Source: Desulfobacterales bacterium | Lineage (GTDB): Bacteria; Desulfobacterota; Desulfobacteria; Desulfobacterales; Desulfococcaceae | NCBI GenBank assembly: GCA_041390465.1 | Contig: JAWKPW010000001.1 | Location: forward strand, 26,225 to 90,224 | Length of the DNA stretch: 64,000 nt | Direction of reading: 5' to 3' | Shown here: one piece after another, positions 8,146 to 17,600 of the stretch | Layout of the letters: every line of letters starts with the position of its first letter | How positions within the stretch are numbered: position 1 is the stretch's first letter | Position numbers and translations under genes: made by a program | Notes under the pieces: generated by a model | The model's input: only the letters and a program-made list of their open reading frames with translations | Told to the model about the DNA's origin: nothing | The model's database searches: none

Positions 8146-10154
8146 TTCTGTGTTTCCATTTGGATTGCAAAATACAGGACAGATTTGCTGTCATAGACCT
8201 GCTCCTTTTTTTCCTGAAGAAGCGGCTCGCTGAAAACCGGTATGGCGCTGAGCGCTGTCTGATAGTCAAAAAGGAGAGCTTCCCGTTTCACCGCATCCCC
8301 GGCAGTGACAATTCCCTGAACAATGACAACAGAGATGTTCCCAGGAGATTTGTCCTGCAATTCTGTTTCTTTCTCTTTCGCTCCGTCTGCAATGCATTTC
8401 AGATCCGTCAGACGGATTTGGGGAGGCACTGTCACCTCACAGACAGCGCTGATAAGGGCAAGGTCTGTATAACGGCTGCTGAAATTCCGGGCCTGCTGCC
8501 TTCTTTTGATAACTCTGTTTGCCAGTTCCTCAATGGTGGCGCTGTCAAAAACCTTATGCTCATGACTGCGAATTCCGTCTTCATAAGTCCTGCGCAGGGT
8601 TTCAAATTTTCTGTCCTTTTCCCGGATGACACGATCCTGGGCAAAACAGATACCCAGGCAGACAACTGCAATTATAACAAAAGCTATGGTGACAAAATGA
8701 TCTGCACGCATGGAATTAAGATATTTCTGTTTGTCTTTGTGGGTGAAAAGAAAATTCGGGGTGAAAAAATTTTTCGAAAGAGCCATGCCCACCGCAGGAA
8801 CATAACTGCCTCTTTCAGCCGCATTGCCCGGAATTTCCATGTCCTTTGCAACAAAATCGAAGAAAAAGGGATCCATCTCTCTGGTTTCAACGGGCTTTTC
8901 CAGATATGTTCCGATATATTCAATCAGAGGTCGGCAACCGCTGATTTCACCGGAGATGAAAATCTTTCCCACCCCTTTGTCTCCGATGCAGGTCTGGCAT
9001 GACTCAATGGCTCTTTCCACGCGCCATATCAGGCGCTTAATGGATGGGATAAGCATTTCGAATATTTCTTTGGGGCTGATATCCAGTTGGTTTTCCGCCA
9101 GTACCGTTTCCAGTTCCGGAGAATTTTGGATCAAACCGAAAAAAATTTCCTCTGTCACGTTATCCGGAAGGGGATGCGGAATGCTGTCTGACAGTTGTAT
9201 CTGCTCATGCGGTTCCGGATTGCGCGGAAGAAGGTATTCATTTATTCCCTCCCGGAGTTCTTCGAGCATGCTGCTCATGCATGCCAGGATTCTGCTTGAC
9301 AGCACCAGATTTCCGTTTGAGAAAAAAATATCTATCCGGGACCAGTTCCTCCCCACATAAAGACAGCATACATTCTGTCCATCCGCCATAATATACTGGA
9401 ATCTGATAAGATTTTGGATGGCAAAGGGATAAAGGGATATCCCTGTCAAAGGAAAGCCGATCCCTGAAAAAAGGTTCCTGATTTTTTCGATTTCATGACG
9501 CGGAGCCGCATAGATCATGACTGCTTTTCTGTTTATGCCGTTTTGAAGATATTCTCCAATATATTCAAAATCAAAGATGTATTCTTCCTCATTCAGGGCT
9601 TTTGTTTTTTTGTATTCCCAGTAAACCGTGTTGGGAAGTTCCCTTTCGGAAACCATGGGAACAGTAAGAAAGCGGGTTTCCACATTTTCCAGGGGCATGA
9701 CAGCCCAGATATCCGTGCGGATGTCTGAATGGCAGAAGGTTTTCATCACGGATTTCAGAAATTCAGGACCGGGTTTTCCTGTTGACAGGTCCTTTTCAGC
9801 AGGAACAGTCATATAGGCTGTCAGTTTCCGTTTCTGCGATCCTGTGCTTCTGAATCTGGCCAGTTTCAGACAGCCGTTTCCAAAATCAATGCCAACAGTG
9901 ATTTTTTCCCGAAAAGAAAACAGGTTATGATAAAAGGGCCTGGAGATCCGGGACAGAATCACGCCCCTTGCGCCATGCAGAAACTCGGCTGGATCCGTTT
10001 CCATGCGATACAGCGATGCTGTTTCAGAAACTGTTCCGGTTCCTGTCTGATCCATGCGGAGAGACGGGGTTTCGACTGCCGGACCTGTGCCACTGTTTTC
10101 CCGTATCAGGTCAAGAAGTCTCTCTGTTGAAGAAATATCGTCACGTCTGACCAA
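8142..10154 (-). CDS. PilM-PilN fusion protein (MshI-like), actin-like ATPase fold plus TM/periplasmic PilN-like part
   Basis: 670 aa. 'KITVGIDFGNGCLKLARF' PilM-type actin-like N-domain, a central TM helix ('FVTIAFVIIAVVCLGICFA') and a PilN-like C-terminal region. Start codon TTG at 10154; internal Met alternatives exist. Confidence 0.7.
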   Translation of the reverse strand: MVRRDDISSTERLLDLIRENSGTGPAVETPSLRMDQTGTGTVSETASLYRMETDPAEFLHGARGVILSRISRPFYHNLFSFREKITVGIDFGNGCLKLARFRSTGSQKRKLTAYMTVPAEKDLSTGKPGPEFLKSVMKTFCHSDIRTDIWAVMPLENVETRFLTVPMVSERELPNTVYWEYKKTKALNEEEYIFDFEYIGEYLQNGINRKAVMIYAAPRHEIEKIRNLFSGIGFPLTGISLYPFAIQNLIRFQYIMADGQNVCCLYVGRNWSRIDIFFSNGNLVLSSRILACMSSMLEELREGINEYLLPRNPEPHEQIQLSDSIPHPLPDNVTEEIFFGLIQNSPELETVLAENQLDISPKEIFEMLIPSIKRLIWRVERAIESCQTCIGDKGVGKIFISGEISGCRPLIEYIGTYLEKPVETREMDPFFFDFVAKDMEIPGNAAERGSYVPAVGMALSKNFFTPNFLFTHKDKQKYLNSMRADHFVTIAFVIIAVVCLGICFAQDRVIREKDRKFETLRRTYEDGIRSHEHKVFDSATIEELANRVIKRRQQARNFSSRYTDLALISAVCEVTVPPQIRLTDLKCIADGAKEKETELQDKSPGNISVVIVQGIVTAGDAVKREALLFDYQTALSAIPVFSEPLLQEKKEQVYDSKSVLYFAIQMETQK

Positions 10155-10201
10155 ACAGTTCCCCCCTGTTTCATTGAATAATAGGAAAGATATTCAGGGA
10201 T

Positions 10202-10230
10202 AATTTAATTTATAAGAAGACATTCGTCAA
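10202..10230 (-). promoter_or_regulatory. Candidate sigma-70 promoter for the pilus operon (-35 TTGACG, 17-bp spacer, -10 TAAATT)
   Basis: Minus-strand reading gives TTGACG-N17-TAAATT about 45 nt upstream of the mshI-like start. No GG-N10-GC sigma-54 promoter was found here. Confidence 0.3.
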
Positions 10231-10337
10231 GAAATAACATCATTTCCTGATCTCAAACTCCTGTTCGAATCTGTCAGCCGGTTTTTTGGGCACTGCTTTC
10301 CCAACCCCCCATATCCTCCGCAAAATTCAGAGATGTT

Positions 10338-10841
10338 TCAGCGGAACGCTTTTGATTCCTTTTGCAGATGCAGACAAATTTCCTCCAAATACCGGGTGCC
10401 TGTCTGCAACTGCCGGAGCAGCCGCTCCGATCTTTTCCGTATCCGTTCGGATATGGCACTGATGACGGAAAAGAGCATTTCCGGTGATTTTTCACCAAGT
10501 TCTTCAAAATCCTCCCGGGTGATGGAAAGCAGCCGGACAGCGGTTTTTGCCAGAGCCGTGCTGTCTTCCCGGCATGTCTCAAAAAGTGCGCTTTCCGCAT
10601 AAATCTGAAAGGGCCGGTACACCTCGGTTCCCTTTTCTTCCGGATGCAGGTATTTTTGCCGGATTTCCATCTGTCCGTCAAGAAGAATAAAACAGCGGCC
10701 GCCCCTGTCCCCCTCAGAAAAAATAATGTCTCCCTGAGAAAATCTTTCTTCCCTGCACACATTCCGAATTGCGATAATATCATTTTCTGAAAGTTTTTTG
10801 AAGCAATACATTTTTTTGAGCACCTGAATACAGGGATCCAT
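10338..10841 (-). CDS. Standalone cyclic-nucleotide-binding (cNMP/CAP-effector) domain protein
   Basis: 167 aa from Met 'MDPCIQVLKKMYCFKKLSEND'. Core 'FSEGDRGGRCFILLDGQMEI' beta-roll signature of cNMP-binding domains. No DNA-binding HTH follows. Confidence 0.7.
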   Translation of the reverse strand: MDPCIQVLKKMYCFKKLSENDIIAIRNVCREERFSQGDIIFSEGDRGGRCFILLDGQMEIRQKYLHPEEKGTEVYRPFQIYAESALFETCREDSTALAKTAVRLLSITREDFEELGEKSPEMLFSVISAISERIRKRSERLLRQLQTGTRYLEEICLHLQKESKAFR

Positions 10842-10902
10842 CCTCACGACCTCCTTTTCAATCCACGTTATGACAGGGATTCTTCTCTGCTGAAAAAATG
10901 GC

Positions 10903-10935
10903 AAGTGCGGGTTTCGAACCCGTCCCCCGGAAAAC
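10903..10935 (-). other. tRNA 3'-end-like fragment (T-arm plus acceptor 3' strand), no complete cloverleaf
   Basis: The minus strand reads 'GGGGGACGGGTTCGAAACCCGCACTTGCCA'. This is a GGTTCGAA T-loop with flanking stem and a CCA-terminated 3' strand, but no matching acceptor 5' strand, D-arm or anticodon arm lies upstream. Confidence 0.3.
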
Positions 10936-11102
10936 TGTCAGCACATGCAGGCCGGCACCCGGCCCGCAGTCGACAGAGAACAATGAACATTATCCGAAGA
11001 TTTTAATCAATGGGGAGGATGGGGTATTTGCCGGTAGATTTCCCCTGCTTTGGGAATCAGAGAGAAGATTCCAAAATCCGGAATATTTTTCTCCAAGAGG
11101 AT

Positions 11103-11131
11103 TTGACACTTTGAGATTCATATCATATATA
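11103..11131 (+). promoter_or_regulatory. Near-consensus sigma-70 promoter (-35 TTGACA, 17-bp spacer, -10 TATATA)
   Basis: TTGACA at 11103-11108, 17-nt spacer, TATATA at 11126-11131, about 85 nt upstream of the 11216 start (RBS AGGAGAGGGG). Confidence 0.5.
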
Positions 11132-11215
11132 GTTTCTAAAAAAATTTGTCTGAAAAGCTCCCGGTGTCTGCCCGGAGTCTGAAGATGCGTGACTGTTTAT
11201 GCAAGGAGAGGGGTT

Positions 11216-12217
11216 ATGACAGAAAAACTCTTTACAAGAGATACCTGGAAGCCCAAAAGTTTTGACGAGGAGACCAGTTCTGTCCGGGTTGTGGCTGTGA
11301 CGGAAAATCCGGTCCGGGTATGGGACTGGAACAGCAGACAGTATATTGATGAGGTGCTGCTGGTGGACGGTTTTTCCCTGCCGCCCAGCGGGAAAATTCC
11401 ACTGCTGGACGCACACAACCGATCCAGTGTTGCCAGTGTGCTGGGAAGCGCAAGAAGATTCCATCCCAGCGGAAACACTCTGGAATGCGATGTGTTTTTT
11501 TCCGGTACGGATGTGGGCAGAAATGCTGCCCAGAATGTGAGGGAAGGCCATCTGACGGATTTTTCCGTGGGCTATTTTCCGGTCGAGTCCTATTATATCA
11601 GGGAAGGAGAGTCCAAAGACATTAACGGCAGGTTTTTCCGGGGCCCGATAAAAGTGACTGCCAGATGGAATCTGAGAGAACTTTCCCTGACACCCATAGG
11701 AGCGGATCAGTATGCAACAGCCCGTTCGGAAAACGGACTTATCTCCTCTCCTGAGGGGATGATTCCTTCTCCGCCTCAGATGCCAAATGCGCCTGCACAG
11801 GAACCCGGGTCTCCGGTGGCACAGACTCCGGAACAGCCCATGCCGCCTGTGCAGCAGAATGCTGCCCGGGCAGAGGTTCAGACTCCGGAGCCTGTTCAGC
11901 AGACTTCGGCTGATTTGCAGATGGAACCTTCCCGGCCCGCTGTGCAGACTCCGCCGCCCCAGGCTGTTTCACCTCCCGCGGAAGTTCCTCAGCCTGATAC
12001 CGCCCAGCGGGCTGTGCCCCAACAGGACAAAAAAACACCGCAGACAGGCCAGCAGAGTGCGGAGCACGTGTCTGAACGGCAGCGGCAGCAGTTGCCGCCC
12101 AAACCGATCCCTCTTGCGCCAAAATCCCGGCAGGCGGAAAGAGATTTTGTGGATATGATTTTTTACGCCTTTCTGGCCATAGCGGTTCTTTTCATTCTCA
12201 AAGGCATGTTTTTATAG
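11216..12217 (+). CDS. HK97-family phage prohead protease (Peptidase S78) homolog with Pro/Gln-rich linker and C-terminal TM anchor; orphan, no capsid or portal genes
   Basis: N-terminal ~190 aa aligns to the prohead protease fold with catalytic-type His ('LLDAHNRSS') and Ser ('LTDFSVGYFPVES') motifs and 'RELSLTPIGADQYA'. Then ~120 aa of PQ-rich low complexity and a terminal hydrophobic helix 'MIFYAFLAIAVLFILKGMFL'. Strong RBS. Confidence 0.65.
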   Translation: MTEKLFTRDTWKPKSFDEETSSVRVVAVTENPVRVWDWNSRQYIDEVLLVDGFSLPPSGKIPLLDAHNRSSVASVLGSARRFHPSGNTLECDVFFSGTDVGRNAAQNVREGHLTDFSVGYFPVESYYIREGESKDINGRFFRGPIKVTARWNLRELSLTPIGADQYATARSENGLISSPEGMIPSPPQMPNAPAQEPGSPVAQTPEQPMPPVQQNAARAEVQTPEPVQQTSADLQMEPSRPAVQTPPPQAVSPPAEVPQPDTAQRAVPQQDKKTPQTGQQSAEHVSERQRQQLPPKPIPLAPKSRQAERDFVDMIFYAFLAIAVLFILKGMFL

Positions 12218-12409
12218 GTGCGTCTTGCAAAAATGGAAGGCAACAAACTGTACATAAAAGGAGCGGATATGCCGGATGGCACCCCGCTTTTGGACATCAG
12301 GCCCTGTGTGCCGGAATTTGACAGGTGTGAGGTCCAAAAGACGGGGCGGTTTGCGGATGTTTCAGAAAAACCTGAAAAAGCAAAGGACAATGGCAGATTT
12401 TTCCGCTGA
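12218..12409 (+). pseudogene. C-terminal fragment of a TsaA/YaeB-like gene (tRNA m6t6A37 methyltransferase family), in frame directly after the preceding stop codon
   Basis: 'VRLAKMEGNKLYIKGADMPDGTPLLDIRPCVPEFD' matches the conserved '...VRLE.IEGN.L.V.GVDLLDGTPLLDIKPY' end of the TsaA domain. The ~110 N-terminal residues of the family are absent. Confidence 0.55.
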
Positions 12410-12412
12410 GGT

Positions 12413-12820
12413 TCAGGTTTTGCCTTTCACCTTTTTCAGCTTTTCTTCAATCCGGGCAAAAAGATTGCGCTGGTCTTCTTCTTTTCTGGCCTGAAAAGCT
12501 TCAATTTTTTCTTTAAAGTTTTTCTGCGTGCTCTGAAACTTTTCGATTTCCTCCCGGATAGTGGTTCCAGGTTCATGCCTGGGAATTTCCTCGATTTTCA
12601 GATGATCCCGGATAAAGAGGCGGGTTCCGTAAGGACCTTTGACCATCTCGACAATCTCCTGCTCATCGAGCCTTTTGCACAGGAGGTGCCCCAGTTCCAG
12701 AGACATGGACAGGGTTTCACAGATGGCATCCACAGAAGGAGGTTCACTGTGACCGTGCTCGTATATCCGTATGGCTGCCACCACAAGGTGGCTTTGGGTA
12801 TAAAAATCGTTTGCCTTCAT
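12413..12820 (-). CDS. Hypothetical protein (135 aa, coiled-coil C-terminus)
   Basis: ORF with GAGG RBS 8 nt upstream of the Met at 12820; no recognisable domain. Confidence 0.45.
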   Translation of the reverse strand: MKANDFYTQSHLVVAAIRIYEHGHSEPPSVDAICETLSMSLELGHLLCKRLDEQEIVEMVKGPYGTRLFIRDHLKIEEIPRHEPGTTIREEIEKFQSTQKNFKEKIEAFQARKEEDQRNLFARIEEKLKKVKGKT

Positions 12821-12931
12821 TTCTTTAACCTCGGTTTGACAAAGCCGCAACGCAGCAGATGTACAGACTTTCCTTTTTTTTCAAAGTATTGCAAAACAGA
12901 CGGCTGCCGCTTCTGCGCACTTTTGCCATGA

Positions 12932-14428
<1,497 letters not shown>

Positions 14429-14470
14429 CACATGGGAACTGTCTGTAAATATAGTTTTTCAGAAAATAAA

Positions 14471-14556
14471 TTTGGGGTTCTCCGCAGGTTGGGTTGAGGA
14501 ACGAAACCCAACAAACTCAGAGTGTTGGGTTTCACTTCGTTCAACCCAACCTGCTC
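14471..14556. repeat. REP-like imperfect inverted repeat (GGTTGGGTTGA...GAAACCCAAC arms), related to the element at 63609-63675
   Basis: Arms 'ggttgggttgaggaacgaaacccaac' and 'gttgggtttcacttcgttcaacccaacc' with a ~17-nt spacer. It shares the GGTTGGG(G/T)TGAAC...GAACCCCAAC architecture with the 3' end of the window. Confidence 0.6.
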
Positions 14557-14670
14557 CAAAATAATTATCTTAAAAGCTATAGAACAAACTTCCAGTTGGT
14601 TGTATGCACAAGCCGGAATCTGTGCTGCTTTTCAATGGCATCATGTTTTTGATTTTAAGAAAGGTATCTT

Positions 14671-17600
14671 ATGAAAACTGCATTGAAAATTGTGCTGCTG
14701 TCCGCGATGCTGAGTCTTCCGCTGTCTCTGTATGCCGAAAACAGCGGGGAGAATCCGCAGGGCAAATCCAAAGACACCCTTGTCATCAGCATGAGCAGAT
14801 TTTCTCCGCCCCTGACCTTCCTCAATGCAGAGGGAAATCCCGCAGGTCTGTTTGTGGACATATGGAAGCTGTGGGCAGAAAAAACCGGGCGGGAAATAGA
14901 ATTTCTTTCCTCCTCCTTCAGTGAAAGTCTGGAAAATCTGAAAAAGGGTTCCGCGGATATTCATTCCGGACTTGCCATTACCCCGGAACGGGAACAGTGG
15001 ATGGCATTTTCCCAGCCGTTTTATGAAAATCTGTCCTGTCTGTTTTTTCCTGTAAAACACGGGCAAATCCTGACTGTCGGAGAACTTGGGGGAAAAAAGG
15101 TCGGTGTTGTGAAAAATTCCTCACAGGAGGAGTATCTCAGAAAACATTATCCGGATATTGAATGCGTTCTGTTCAACAGCACGCAGGACGCCATTCTCAG
15201 CGCCAGAGACGGGAAGGTGCGTGCGGTGGCCTATTCCTGTATCACTGCATCCGCAGATATAATGAAACTGGGGCTTTCCGGCGAATTTGAATATGGCAGG
15301 GACATCCTTTACACAACAGGCGTTCATGCAGGCGTTGCAAAAGAAAACAAAGATCTGCTGGCTCTCATTGACAAAGGCTTTGATGCCATTTCCAACAGCG
15401 AACTGCATGAAATTGAAAAACGCTGGATACCGGATCCGGAAAAACGCCATTACCGGCCCGATGCAAAAATAATCCGGCTGACTGCCAAAGAAGAAGCCTG
15501 GCTAAAATCCCACAGAACTGTCCGGGTGGGGCTGGCCCCGGATTTCCCGCCGCTGCGGATTCACACCAAAGAAGGCATAAAGGGATTCACAATGGATTAT
15601 CTGGAACTGATAAGCCAAAGAGGCGGCATTCAGTTTCAGTATGTTCCTGTTGAACTTGCTGAAACAGATGCAAAACTGCAATCCCGCGAGATTGACATGT
15701 TTCATTCCTTTGCTGTTCCCAAACGTCTGGAGTATGCCCTTTTCACAAAGCCTTTCACAGAATTCAAAATCCTTATCATCACCCGCAGTGATGCGCCGTT
15801 CATGGACGGCATCAGCGCGCTGAGGGGCAGAAACGTGGCAGTGCTGAAAGGGATAGGGATTTACAATGAAATGGTAAGTCCGTATCCTGACATTGAAAGG
15901 ATTGAGATGGACAGAATGGAGGATCTGTTCAAAGCTGTATCTGAATCCGGAGTCTATGCCACCCTTTCCGCTCCCCTGTTTGCGGGATATCTGATGCAGA
16001 ATTATCCGAATCTGAAAATAGGCGGTGTTGCGGATCACGCCAATGTGCCTTTTCTGTATGCGGTTCGCGGGGACTGGCCGGAACTGGTCAGCATTGTCAA
16101 CAAGGTGCTTGCTTCCGTCACCCGTGAGGAGCAGGATGCCATTTTTCAGAAATGGTGCAGGGTTCAGGTGGAATACCGCGCGAACTGGTCTGAAATTCTG
16201 AAATGGATTTATACGGTTACAATCTTCTTTGTCCTTGTTCTGGGCATCTCGCTGTACTGGAACAGAAAACTGGCAAAAGAAATTTCAGAGCGCAGGCGCA
16301 CCGAGGAATCCCTGCGCCACAGCGAGGAACGCTTCCGGGCAATCTTTGAATATGCGGCCATTGGCATTGCACTGGTGGACGCTGATGCAGAACTGGTAAT
16401 GGCAAATTCCGCGATGGAATGCTTTACGGGATATACGGGTGAGGAACTGCGCAGGGCGGGAATTGCCGCGGCAACCCATCCGGATGACTGGACCCCGGAT
16501 ATTCAACTCTTCACAGAGCTGCGCGAAGGAAAACACAGCCATTATTCCATTGAAAAACGCTATGTCCGGAAAGACGGTCAGATCCTGTGGGGACGTCTCA
16601 CGGTTTCCGGCATCCGCGATGCAGCCGGAAATCTCACCCATGCCATCGGAATGGTGGAGGACATTACAGAACGCAGACAGACTGAGGAACTGCTCAGGGA
16701 AAAGGAGCGCCTGCTGTCAGACATTATCAACTTTCTGCCGGATGCCACGTTTGTGATTGACACACAGGGAAAGGTGCTTGCATGGAACCGGGCAATGGAA
16801 GTTATGTCCGGAAAAAACGCGGAGGAAATGCTGGGCAGAGGAAATTATGAATACGCGCTGCCCTTTTACGGGGAACGCAGAGCGGCTTTGATTGATCTCG
16901 CGCTTGCCTCCTCACCGAACATTGAAAAAACATATGCGCAGATGCAAAGAAGCGGGGAAACAATCATCGCGGAAGGCTGCTGTCCGAACCTTCCTGCCGG
17001 AATCCGATGGCTGTTCGGACATGCCCGTGTTCTCAGAAATCTGAAGGGAGAACTTGTGGGCGCCATTGAGTCTCTCCGTGATATTACAGACAGCAAAACC
17101 GCTGAAACAGAATTGAAAAAAGCCAAAGAGGCGGCAGAATCCGCGACCCGTGCCAAATCCGAATTTCTGGCAAACATGAGTCACGAAATCCGCACCCCCA
17201 TGAATGCTGTGGTCAACATGACCCGGCTGCTGCTGGATACGGACTTGAATCAGGAACAGCGGGAGTATGCGGAAACCGCGATGGCATCTTCCGAAATTCT
17301 GCTGTCCCTGATCAATGACATTCTGGATTTTTCCAAGATCGAGGCCGGAAAACTGGAACTGGAAAACAGGGATTTCCGTCTGAGAGATATTGTTGAACCG
17401 CTTGCTAAGATGATGAAACAGAAAACAGAGGAAAAAGGGCTTTGCCTGACATACGGCATTGAGCCGGATGTGCCCTCTTGGGTGAAAGGGGATCCTGTCC
17501 GGGTGCGTCAGATTCTGCTCAATTTTCTCAACAATGCGGTCAAATTCACAGACAGGGGCGGAATCACTGTCAGCATATCTTTGGAAAATCAGACAGACAC

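Noticed and set aside
8160-9360. Plus-strand ORFs 8160..9002 and 8824..9360
   Set aside because: Antisense to the PilM/N-fusion gene of the pilus operon.
10155-10337. Sigma-54 (-24 GG / -12 GC) promoter in front of the pilus operon
   Set aside because: The best candidate is TTGGGAAAGCAGTGCC. It has 9-nt rather than 10-nt spacing and lies within the 3' end of the cNMP-binding gene. Not convincing, and a sigma-70-like TTGACG-N17-TAAATT is reported instead at low confidence.
10895-10980. Complete tRNA gene
   Set aside because: Only the T-arm and 3' acceptor strand are recognisable. No complementary 5' acceptor strand, D-arm or anticodon stem could be found upstream, so it is recorded as a fragment only.
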